DNA from: Paraspadella gotoi
Lineage: Eukaryota; Animalia; Chaetognatha
Assembly: GCA_051294375.1 (NCBI GenBank)
Contig: CM119264.1
Coordinates: 17,062,278 to 17,126,277 of the forward strand
Reading direction: 5' to 3'
DNA: 64,000 nt
The notes under the pieces are model-generated. The model was not told the origin of the DNA and did not search any database. It was given only the letters and a program-made list of their open reading frames with translations. Both the position numbers and the translations under genes were made by a program. Below are positions 1-14,115 of the stretch, piece by piece; position 1 is the first letter of the stretch; each line of letters begins with the position of its first letter.

Positions 1-950
1 AGAGAAACAAACGATGTAATGTAACTGTAATACTTAAATTTTGAATAACAAAAAAAATATAAAAATACAAAATAAAAAAGAAATAGAAAAAACAAAAAAA
101 CCAAAACGAAAAAAATCCTCGAAAGGATTCTCCGTTTCTCTCTTCAAATTTGGCGAAATCAAGAAAAATGGAGATGATCGCTGGCAAAAAAAAGAGGGAA
201 TCGCTCGTCGGCTAATTCCGTCGGACAATCTGCCCCCCGTCGTTTCTTTTCCGCTTCCTCTGTTCGAGAAGGCAACCGCTTCGAATCACTCGGATTACAT
301 CACTCCTTCGACTGTGGATATCACCCTTTCACGCTCCGTGTCACCTCGTCCTCCATTTGTCATTCGAGGCAGACCCTCGCCCCTCAGTGATCGCACCTTA
401 CCCCTCGCTCCTCATTCCTCAATGATCACCAATGGCCTCTCACGAAAATTGATTCGCCGGACCGACTTCTTCTATTGTCGATATCACGTGATTAAACAAT
501 TCTTTTCTTCTTTTTTTTTTGGAGATAGTATCATCGAAAATTAAATGGCGCATCCTTGTTTTTTTTTTACGTACCCGTTTTCAGCAAAACCAATTTTGAG
601 CATAAATACAATCGTATATGTTGGTTCGTATTCGGTTTCTCGTTTCTCATTTTAATCCCTCCTTTTATCTTAAAATTCATTTCGCGGCTTCCCGTATTTT
701 TAATTCTAATCCTGTCTTTTCTCAGTCTTCCTTATTTTCTTTCCTCCCAAACTCTTTGCTCTTCACTCCTTCTCTTTCTTTTCTTCGTCTCTCCGTTTGT
801 CTTTTGTTTTTCTTTATTTCGGTCTCCAGCGCCGATTTCCTCCCGTTCGCACGTCGCTTGCTCATTTGTTTCTCTCGAGAACAATGTCCCGATTTTTTTT
901 TCTCTCAGCCTCTTCTTTCTTTCTCTCTTTCTTCTTTCTGTTTCTATTTC

Positions 951-2540
<1,590 letters not shown>

Positions 2541-4517
2541 TGTTTCGGTCTTCTCTCAATCTAATGTCCCATTTTCTCAATATTCCCTATTTTTTGATCT
2601 AAAGTTGTCACTATTTACTCTTTGTCATTTTTCGTCTCCTTTTTCATCGCCGTCTCTGCAACTTTCCGTCTCATTTCTACTTTTTGTCTTTGGCTTTCGT
2701 CTTTCTGCTCGCATTCAATTTTTTTTTGTTGCCCTTTTGTCATCTTTGTTCTTCTTCCTCCACTTTTTTTCGTCATCGTCAATTTTCTATCTCCCTTTTC
2801 TCTCATTCCTTTGTCATCCTCGACCTCTGTTTGCCCTCGATGGTTTGCAATAAAAAAATCTTTTTGAAACAAATAATTAATCCTGTTAATATAGTTGAAG
2901 GAAACTTCTGTTCGCCACAAATTTATTGCGTTTCCAATATTATTAATTCATTTTTTTCTTTTGAGGTGATTTTTATTTTATGTTGGTGCTGGGCGCGACT
3001 CAATGAGATGTTTAATATTTACGTATTAAATATTTTATTATTTATTAATATTATATTTTATTATTTATTATTTATTAGGTCCTACTATCTGTATTAATCT
3101 TTCAGTGAGTTTATTTTCAAAAGTGGTACATAAAATTATGTAGTCTAAATTAGGTAGTATGACAATTCTTCAATCTTCATAACAAGATATCGTAATATTA
3201 CGTTAAAAAATGATGTTGACCAAAGGTAAACGTAACAGAAAGGCAAGAAATCAAATAAAAAGAAAAATACTTTTAGTCACACTTTTGCGAAAATTCTTAA
3301 TATTTGTGAAAATCTAATAATTGTTTTCAAATGTCAGCGAGGAGAGAAAGGAAGAAAAAGAAAGAAGAAACCTGGGTGGAAAACTGTGAAAACCTGAAAA
3401 TCTGAGATCAACGGGTGATCGATCGTCTACGGTCCTTTTTAATACTTCGTCGCCAGAGAAGAGAGTTTTTGTCGCCTCTGCTGGAGATGAAAGAAAAAGA
3501 AATTATTTCTTTATTGGAAATGAAAAAGGGAAAGAGAGAAAAAGCTTTTCCCCGAGGAACAAGTAAGACCACTAATGTCATTCTTGCATTTTTGGTTGAC
3601 AAAAATCTAACATATAAAATAGAATATTTAGTAGATACACTATAATGTAATGTTGTTTTTTAAAAGCAAAAGGAGTTCGAAAAATAAAAAGAAAGTATCA
3701 TTCAAAAATTTAACTTTTTTAACACTAACAACCATTGATATCGTACAGGCAAGGCTAAAAATAGTTAGCTGAAGGAGTATAAAGAAACTCTAGTTAATTA
3801 AAAGAGAAAAAAAGGAACGAAAGAACGAAAGAACGAAAGAGCGAAAGAACGATAATTGAAAGAAAATAAAAATGGCCGAGGGGAAATAAAAAATTCCTAT
3901 GAACACACGAAGGAAGGAAAAAAGGTAAAAAAAGAATAAAGCGGAAGAAAGTAAATAAAATTGACTTTTCTGTCACAGATAAAAAAAAGTTCTTGTTTCT
4001 ATCAAAAAAACTGATAATAAACGACTGGTTAAATTGATTTTGAAGATAGAGACACATAATTTTTTAACGTTATGTAAAATGCGTTATGTAAAATCCGGGA
4101 ACTAGTATAGCATCAAAGAACCCTAAAAAATTAAACATAAAAACTGTGCATCGCCTCGACAAAAGCTCGAGAAAAAGAAAAAGAGAAAGAAAGACTTAGT
4201 TTTAGTCGTGATTTAGATTAGATTTAGATTTAGTCGTGGAAAGCCAAAACGAGACAAAAACGTAATAAAAGGAAAAAAATGATACTTTAAGGAATGAAAT
4301 GGAAAATATGATTGTCTGGTTGTTGAAGCAATCAATAGAAACGGACGAAATGCTCCGTCGCAATGCGAACAACGACGGAAAGAGAAAAAAATATTCGGGG
4401 GAAAATAAATTAAGGAAAAAACGTAATGTGCTGGAGTTTGAGACGAGATTAACTCGAAAATACCTTCGACTCGGGAAGAGGAATCATCCTGTCAACTCAC
4501 CGTTGAGGAAAAAAAGG

Positions 4518-4935
4518 TAAGGCAACGGAAGGCGAAGTGAGGCGAGGTGAAGTGAGCCCAAGATGGGTCAGGTAAGGTGAAGTGGGGCAATGTGAGGTTA
4601 AGAGAGGAGATCTAAGCTGAAGTGAGGAAAAGTACCGTAAGTTGATCAACAAAAGGAAGATGAAGTCAGATATTGTGAAATAAAGCAAGAGTTAAAAATA
4701 GATAAAGGCAGCAAAAAAAAGCAAAGAGAAGTGGACAGTAAAAAGAAAAGTGAAGAATAGAGAAGTGATTTCAAGTGAAGTGAATTGAGGTGAACTGATG
4801 CAAACAAAGTTTGGCTATTAGTTATAGCCTGGTGTGCTGAAGAGAGGCAAATAGAGGTGATGTGTCGGAAGGTAGAGTGACGTGAAGTGAAGTTAAGTGA
4901 AGTGCGATGAAGTGATATGAAGTGAGACAAAGTGA
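4518..4935 (+). repeat. Degenerate pentanucleotide (GTGAA/GTGAG)n tract
   Basis: Repeated gtgaa, gtgag and aagtg units. Confidence 0.75.
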
Positions 4936-6385
4936 CTAAAACCACGACCACGACCTATCTACAATTTGTAATAATCGTAAGAAAACCTTTATCTCCAAGA
5001 TCTATACAATGAAAAATACTGTTCTTCAGAAACTTGTTCCGTTTTTTAAAACGTAAGACCGATTTTTAATTGTTTACATTGTTTACATTAAATAATTTGA
5101 TTTAACTGTTTTTTTTTCTTTCTATTTTATTATGTTTTTCTTTTTCTCAGACTTAGTCTATGTTTGTTTGTTGATGATGATTGTACTGTATTTGAATAAA
5201 ATCGCATACTCGGGTCACAAGTCGTATCGAAAAAGATGATGACGGTGAGTGGAAGAAACCTGGTCTGGCAAATTGGCTGTTCTACATAAAAAGTAAGTCT
5301 TATTCCTAACAAGTTTACCATTCTATGTAGATAATGTTTTTAAGTCAGTTACCCTTCTTTCTACGTTTCTAGCGATGGCGACCCAGAAATTTTTTTCAAC
5401 TTTTATATCTAATGCGATTTGTTATTCCACATAAAATCTCCGAAGCAAGATTATTTTTAAACTCGCCCACGGTTTTTTTTGCCTCGGTTTCAGGTAAGAC
5501 ACCTTGGCTGTAGGTAAGGCTCCTCTCGAATCGAATTCCATCCACGCTTTGTTGGCTCATTACCATACCCGGCGAGAAAGGAGCGTCGGGCAAGAAAGTG
5601 TGGGTTGCCTGGGGATGGAGATTTCGCCGAGGGAAGACTTCGGATCGAAGGATGAAGAAAAAGAAATAAAAAGTGGAAATATATGTGGCGATACCCGAAG
5701 GGTTATAGCCGAGTCGTCGAAAGAGGGAATGGAAATGCTTCATAAACAAGTTTGAAATCGTCCTTGACGTCGTCATTCTTGTTTCCGTCTCCTTTTTTTC
5801 CCCCTTCTTTCCTCCGAAACATTTCCTTTGTGGCGACGGTCGTCGTCGCCATGCTGTTTGAGATGCGGTTGCCGCGTCTTGTTCGCATCGGCGTCGAGTG
5901 TTTTGTCCTGCATTGTGGAGGCGTTCGGGGCCATCAGAGGCGAAGCGATTCCGGATGAGGCCTCCATCGTCGTCGGGGAATCGTTTTCATTCCGCGTTGT
6001 ACAAGTTTCCTCTTGCTCCACTTTTTCCTCCTATTTTCCGATTCTATCTCTCTTCTCTTTCTTTCCCTTACTTTGTCCTTTCTTCCTCACTTTTCTCTAC
6101 TCCTCTTTTTATCCTTCACTCTTCTCCTCTTCTTATCTTCCTCCTTATCTTTTTTTCTTCTCTTCATTGACTCCTTTGAGGGTGTCTTCCCTCTTATATT
6201 TACCGGCGAAGTTACTTCTCTTCCCATGTTTTTTTTCCCTTGTAAGTACGTTAGTACATTAACCTTGAATTCGACAGATCATTTTCTCTCTCTATTTCCT
6301 ATCCATTTAACTCCATTTACGTACCAACAGACTCCACCGCTTCATCCAAACATTGCTTAAAACCTGCTCCCCCTCATCGTCCACT

Positions 6386-6417
6386 CCCCAATCCCCAATC
6401 CCCAATCCCCAATCCCC
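6386..6417 (-). repeat. (GGGGATT)n heptamer array, five G4 runs
   Basis: ccccaat x4 followed by cccc. Confidence 0.9.
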
Positions 6418-6694
6418 GTTTAAGTTCGTCAATCCACCTCTTCTCTTCTGAATCCGTTGCTTCTCTCGGCTTAGCATTGAAGTTGGCGCGGATTCATGCA
6501 AGGGCGGACTCGGCGCAGCTGCGACCGGCTTTTTCAGTTTGTTTTTCGTGGCGCTGTTGCCGAGTTCAGTCAACCCTCGACTTCGAATAAATCGAATTTA
6601 TAAATATAATAATTCCTGGGTCTCCGCAAGTCGTTTTTAATTTTATTTTGAATCCCACGCAAATTTAACAACGAACGAACAAACTAACGAACGA

Positions 6695-6778
6695 ATGAAG
6701 AATTGAATGAGTTAAGGAATGAATGAATGAATGATTGATTGATTGAATGAATGAGTGAATTAATGAATGAATGAACGA
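6695..6778 (+). repeat. Degenerate (TGAA/TGAT)n tetranucleotide repeat
   Basis: Directly visible. Confidence 0.8.
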
Positions 6779-7011
6779 AAGTACAAATGAACAAACGAGA
6801 GAACGAACGATGGCATTTCCACTGTTTATCGAGACAGAAGAGATTGTGGCTCGTTGGAGAAACTAATTAACGGACCACAGCATAAATAAATAATACGTCT
6901 TAGTTCTGGAGAGAGAGAGAGAGTGAGAGAGTGAGAGGAGAGAAAAAGAGGAAGAGAGAGGGATAAAGAAAGAGAAAGATTAGAGAAAAAGAGAGAGAGA
7001 GAGTGGAGAGA

Positions 7012-7057
<46 letters not shown>

Positions 7058-7667
7058 GATAGAGAGAAAGGAGAGATGAGAGAGAGAGAGATAGAGAGAA
7101 AAATAGATCTAGACAGACAGAGAGAGAGAGAGAGATAGAGAGAGAGAGAGATGAGAGAGACCATGACCATTTTTCTCACACTTGGACGTCGAAAAAAATA
7201 ATCCTCGTTTTAGTTTTATTCGTTTTATCCCTTTTTTAATTTGGTTCTGCTTTTTAAATCCAATTCGTAAAAAATTGAAAAGTTGAAAAACTACGATACA
7301 TCCGTGAAAATATTTCACAAAAGATTTACAGATGAAAAACTAGACAGGAATGACAGTAAGATGGGCGCAGGAATCTTGAAAAAATAATAGGGTGACTTAA
7401 AAAACTAAAAGGGGAAAAAAACTTTAAAGTAACAAAACGTAAAAAAAAAATAAATAAAAAGGAAAGAAAAGGGAAACTTTTAATTAAAAAAAAAAAAAAA
7501 CAGCAAAAAGAGAGTAAGAGACAGAAAGTGCGAGAAACAAATTTTCGGAGTAGGACAGAGAAAAAATCTCCTGATAGGAATATAAAAGGAAATAGACAGA
7601 CTCGCTAAAAAAAAGGGAAAAAAGAAAAAAAATTCGTCACAAGAATAAAAAATTCATGGCGCAGTGG

Positions 7668-7705
<38 letters not shown>

Positions 7706-7709
<4 letters not shown>

Positions 7710-8943
7710 CGGCGCTCCCTCTCTAACTTCTTCCGTCTCAATTCCCTCGCATTTTCTCTCCGACCTACATCATACTCATTTAGTTGGCCGAGATTCGCCA
7801 CGTCTCAATTCTCCGGACCCTTGACTCGAGGGCGGGAAAGGGGTCGACCTTTCATGCGATCGCGCCCGACGAGTCGTTCATGTTGATTTATTTGTTTTCC
7901 TTTGAATTTCTCCGTAATACGATTATCGACGTTAGACCGGTCGACGGATACGGCACCACCGAAACGAGAGAGAGAGGAAGGTTTGAAAGACTTGTCGAGG
8001 TTACGACGATACGTCAGCAGGTCAGGAATTGACGAACTAATCCATAATGACGACGAGGACTCGTGATAACGAATATTTAGAGGGTCGACGCTAAATTTGC
8101 GGGGATCACGTGACGCGAGCGTGGACGACCCGGACGGCGAGGGATGGCAAGCGATGGCAAGCGATGGCACAAGCCGATGGCAAGCAATACAACGAGGGAA
8201 AAAGTAGGACAACGATGCCGATCGAGAAGACGTTACGCGGTCACTCGTCGCATAAACACAAAGAGAAAGGGGGCTTCGTGTTTTTGGTCGGCAACGTCAT
8301 CGTTCATTGATGTCATGAGTGCAAAGTCCTACCTCGAGTTTTCTCTCCCTCTCCGCTGTCTTCACAACTTGGATCTCCGACCCTTTAAAAAAACGACGAC
8401 GATGATGGACGACGACGACGACGACTGATAACGACGACGACGAACGACGACGGACGACGAGACGCCGACGGCGACGACGACGACGAGACGACTAGAATAA
8501 TGCGATGGGATCTGTCGCGAAACTAATTTTTATGAAGTTAAAACTTAATGATAGATTTATTCATTTTTTTGTCTTTCGCGATCTTTTGTTTTAGTTAAGC
8601 GCGTCTACTTCCGAATTTATGTATATTTCACACCTTGTTGAAGTTTTCCAATATCCCTTATTTTTATAGACTGTCCTTTTTTTTCGATAGCTATTTTTTC
8701 TCTTGTCACGTGGTGACACAATCAGTCCGTGATTACATTTTTTTCATGATTCAACGCTGGTGATTCCATGTTTAAAAAAGATGTAATAGAAAACATTCAA
8801 ATTTTCTTATCTATTTCATCTTTTTTTTTTACGTCATCAATTGCAGTCGAAGCGGTTTTTTTTTTTTCAGCGAGATAGAGATGATGATGTTTATGCGAAA
8901 AACATTTGGAAGATGTCGAAAGGTGTTTTGAGTGTTTGGGAAG

Positions 8944-9029
<86 letters not shown>

Positions 9030-12000
9030 GATATTTGCACTTTTATGTCCAAAATGACCAATTAACACTTAACAAATAAAAGATCATTAAAGAGCGGCTA
9101 ATGAATATGTACATAACACAGTTTATATTAAGGTTGTCTATGAATAGATTACAAATATTGCCATAAATTATTCATGGAGTTGGAAAAAGTTTTCCCATTA
9201 CTGTTCGTAATAGTTTATATGTTTCCATTTTGACAAAATAGGTTTAATGTGTTGGTTTTCATTGTCAAGACTTGACATTCTTCGCGTGTTCAGGAATTGA
9301 TCTTTTGAAGTTTTTACAGCACCTAACAACGCAAAAGAGAGAAAAATATACAATTTATTAATAATATGTTTGTTTTGTTTTTCCTGTTTCAAACAAACCT
9401 TTTTCTTCAAATTTTAAGCGTTTTATTTGTTATGAGAGGTAAAATTTTTGCATAACCATGTTTGCTCGAGTTTTTATCAAAATATTTTTCGAGAATGGAG
9501 AGAAAGCGATTATTCTTTTAGAAAAAATATGACTACTAAACGAAGTTAACTCTAATCTTTTTGTTAATTAATATTGTTAATTTCTATGCTCGCCAGAATT
9601 CAATATATATGAAAATTACACGTCGAATGAATAAAAAGGACTTAGTTATTTTACCAACGTAATTCTGTCCACGTGCTGTCGCAATTGTTTCGTCATTTGG
9701 ATATTTATTAAAAATCGCTATTCCTAAAGGAGATTTACCGCTAGTCTCTCTCTCTCTCTCTCTCTCTCGTCTCTCTCTTCTCTCCTTCTCTCTCTTCTCT
9801 CTCTCTCTTCTCTTCTCTTCTCACTCTCCCCCCGCTTTCCGTTTTATTTTTAATCCCGGATCTTTTTTTCCTCCTATTCTGAGTTTTTCTTCCCCATTTA
9901 ATTTGATTTCTTCCCAAAGAATTCATTTCTTTTTGTTCGTGCTTAATTGGTTTCCCGCATTTTGCTTTTTTTTTTTCTCTCTCTACGAGAAAAGCACGTT
10001 TTAAGTTGAAGGCGCCGTAGATTTTCTTTTTTTCGCTTGTTGACTTCATTTTCACGTTTGATTGAGTTTCTTTCTTGTCAAAATTCACATATTAAAAAAT
10101 TTCGAACATTTCTACTTTATAACGACATCTCAATCAGGGGATCTCGGTCTTTTCTCTTATTAAAAGTTCAACTCCTCTAATATTTTCTCTGGATGAATAA
10201 ACGAGACTTGTGAATGAAGAGTCTTGATTGAAACTTGCGGGGACCTGCTATGGTCATTATCTTGTAAGATGTGGATGGAGCCTTAAACCACCAAAGCCTG
10301 TCCAATCAGGCGCAAGATAGCTTATTTATTTAAATGAAATGGTAATTTTTATATTGGTTGTACCAATTTTCATTTTTTTTACTGAAAATGTGAGGCCTTC
10401 CAAAAAAAACATTGCATAATGTATCTTGAATGTGATCCCGTTTCCCGTGAGAATATATCAGTATGAGAGTGCTTTTCCGTGCAGAATCTACATAACAATT
10501 TTTTAAACATTTTACCGCTTAAAATTGGACCCAATGATGGATTGTTTCAGCAATTCATGACTAAATATTTTTTTTAAAAATTCATCGGTTTTAGAACTGT
10601 CATTAAATTTTTAAAGATTTACATCTCATTACATATATAGTATGTACCCTAAGTCCACTGAAGATGACATTAAAAGTTGTTATATTCACATTATCGGGAA
10701 AATAACGTTTCTGTTTTTTTTTTTTTTTACTTTCCGAACATTCTTTATACGTATCATTTGAAAACCGAAGAACATTAATATTAAATCGCATCCGTAACGG
10801 ATTTTCTTATCTTTTCTCTGCTCTTCGTCCGCTCTTCGTCGACAATTGTCTTGTTGTCGGCACCTCAGCTGCAACTCAAACTCGTCTTTTCCGCGATTCC
10901 ATTTGAATCTAGTTTGTCGATGCCTACGATAGAGAGACAATTAGAGCAACGCGAGAGAGTCGCGCCGTGAATTCTGTGATCACCTGATATTTCTTTCCAG
11001 TCACTTTGTTTTTATTTCGGGTATTATAAAGCTTGAAAAAGAGTATGTAATAAAATCTCGAGACCTCGGGCGCGGTCGTTGATGTGGCAGAGTCGTTTAG
11101 GGAGTTATTGAGCTAAATATGAGAACAAAACAGATTAAAAAATAGCAAAAATCACAATCGTTATTGAAATGTGTGAAATGGTCGTCATCGTAGTTTTTGA
11201 ATTTCTCTCCATTATTTAAAAATTATATTTATTCACTGATAAGTTTTTTTCATTGTTTAAATCATTACGTCTGATTATTACATCTGACTCCCAACTCTCT
11301 CTCTCCGCTTCTCGCTCCTTCGTCAGTCGTCACGCCCTTTTCCCTTTTATTTGACTTCACACTCAAAATGCATTCGGATTTTCGTGACTTTTTCCGTCCC
11401 AATTTTCCTTCGAGGGCGAAAACGTCTTCTCACGGATTCTCTCTCTCTCTCTCTCTTATCTCTCTCTCTCTTCTCTCTCTCTTCCTCTCTCTCTCTTCCG
11501 TTCTCATTCAGGTCACCGGATCTCGAAAGACATTCTCGTCTCCCAGGCGCGCGCTTTTTTCGACGCGCAAGTCGCACGTCGTGGGACACGCGCCTGCGGA
11601 CTCGGCCTTGTTGAGTTTAAGAGGTCGATTCACTGCACCATTGGCAATCATTAAATATTATCAATAAGTGAAAAGATTTAATACTATTTACATTTGCTTA
11701 GAGAGTCAAATCGATGTTCGTTAAATTTGTGTGTCGATTAAATCCGGAAAACCTAAGTTAAAACCTTGCATCCAATGATTTTTATGATTAACTGTTACAA
11801 CAAAAACGATGAACTCGTATTTAATTAAACCAATATAGATTCTTCTTAGCGGGTTGATTAATTTTATTCATACACGTCTCGATATCAACACAGATACCGT
11901 TTCTTCAAAATAATAATCTTGTGACAATTTTAAACGTAAAAACAACTTACGGCATGAATTTTTTTTATAATTTGATTCTAAGTCCGCATTCCTTTGCACT

Positions 12001-14065
12001 TTTATTGTCTCATGCCTTGCACACAGCCGCCACAGACCATACATTTCTTGACCACCGCGTAGCTTCGATCTCGTTCTAAGAAACCACTGCGGCGTGGCTT
12101 TGAAATTTTGGAGAGAGGTGAGAGAGAGGAACTATTCTCTTTCTCCTGTGTTGCCGGTTTTTTTTATTTTTTGTTTTCCCTTTTTATATTCCTTTTTTTA
12201 TGACTTCCTCGTTTGCGCTTTAACGGCTCACATTTCTTACCTTATTTTGCTCTCCAGATACGTGTCAAAGGTTCAGCGAGCGGGGAGATTCACCACCTCA
12301 GCTTCGTACTGCTACGTATTACGCGAGGCGAGCGAAGCGCAATCGATTCACGCGATGTTGAGAATTGTAAATAAGAAAAAAAGTTGAACACGTTGACGGA
12401 AAAAAAAGGGATGAAGTGAAATGACGTTATTCTTACATTTCTTTATCTTTTTGTAATTAAAAAAATGTTTATTGTTTTGAATGAAATGGAAATATTTAAA
12501 TTGTATTAAAAAAATATATGCTATTCATTTTAAATATAAGAAAAAAACCTAGCAAAAGCAGTCCAAAGTCAGGGCAAGATAGCTTATTTATTAAGATGAA
12601 TGGATTTAATTTGCGTTGTACAATTTTTTGTAATATAAAAAGTTTTTCAATTTATTATTTAAATTCTTAAAGGACGCCCCTTTTTAAATATAAAAAATAT
12701 TATACCAAGTAGAGAAAAACAATTAACAATACTTAATATTATTAACAAACGTTGATAGGTTATTGAATACATTTGGTTATGTGTTTAATTATATGTATTT
12801 TGTAAATTCTTAAGGATTTTACGCGAACATTCTTCTTACATATGTTCAAGCTAAACAACGACTAATTTAGAGAAGTTGCTAACAAGGGCAATTTTCTTAT
12901 TGTTTCAAAAGAAAGGAATAGATTACCAAATCTACCTGCCAATTCTTCACTTAGTCAAACCCAACGCCACTTTTGACGTGTAGGACGAGGGAAATCGGCG
13001 CAACGACATTGGTCGACGGTCACAAAATTTGCCCAAGTCCGATTTTGGATTTTGATTTGAAAAAAAATGCGGGTAATCCGGACGTGGGACTGAAATGCCA
13101 ACTCGAAAAGACCGAGATCGAAGAAAAAAAAATGACGTGAGGAAATCTGATTCGACAATTGAAAAATCAATAAATTTATCGTTTAGTTCTGTTTTTGATT
13201 TTTTTGTTTTTTGTTGATTTTGTTGTTTTTTGTTGTTTTTTTTTTTTTTTTTGTATTTTGACTTCTACAAAAGCAATAATATAGCCCCCTGCTTGGATTA
13301 TCAAGAGCTTCAGCTTCTGATATTTAACAAGAGCTGTCTTTTTGTTCCCCAGGAGAAAGTTGTAGGTCAACAGATTATTAAGTTGCGTATAAAATGACCT
13401 ATGATTTTAGACACCAACGGAAACTAAAAACGCGTATGAAATGGTCGTGATTTACATCCAAAAGTATCAAACGGGCGGTATACTTTTACTTGGTGAATGA
13501 AATAGTTACATTGAGAGTTTTTCTTGCTCTTCATAGAAAAAGAAAAAGAAATAAAAAGTAGCGCTTATATTGGTACTAGTAAGAAAGACTGTAGAAGGGG
13601 GTTTCGATATTGGCCAAGTAACGCGAGCGATTAATTCCGCGGGCGTCGTTTCGGACTGAAGCTCGTCTGTGATTAGGATTCGTTGGTCGTCGACACCTTC
13701 ACGCTTCTTTTCTTAGTTTTTCTTTTCTTTGTTTTCGTTCGAGCCGAAATTAAAGAGAAACTGATTGACATCGTTTAAAGGAAAAAATGCTGTATTTATA
13801 TTCTATTATTAATACTTTGTAATATTTTTGTATTTTGTCAGATTCCAATGTTCTCACTCGATATTGTCGTCTGTCAATGAAGAATGACCATCCGTATTGA
13901 AAACGGCGTTATTGTAATTTTAATACAAACAAAGGCTCCTTTGAAAAACCAGCGTGAGCGGAGAAAAAGAGAACGCGAGTGAGACTCTCACTGAAGGGAT
14001 TGCGTCAAGTTTTATGTTTTCCATAATCATGAAGCATGGCCATTGTGTATTTTACAATTTCGCTC

Positions 14066-14115
<50 letters not shown>

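Noticed and set aside
41-544. 167-aa ORF at the window start
   Set aside because: Begins in an A-rich low-complexity tract with a non-ATG start; no recognisable motif or clear splice sites.
6307-6573. ORF with GDWGLGIGDWG motif (also at 50167-50455)
   Set aside because: A known spurious translation pattern of (GGGGATT)n heptamer repeats.
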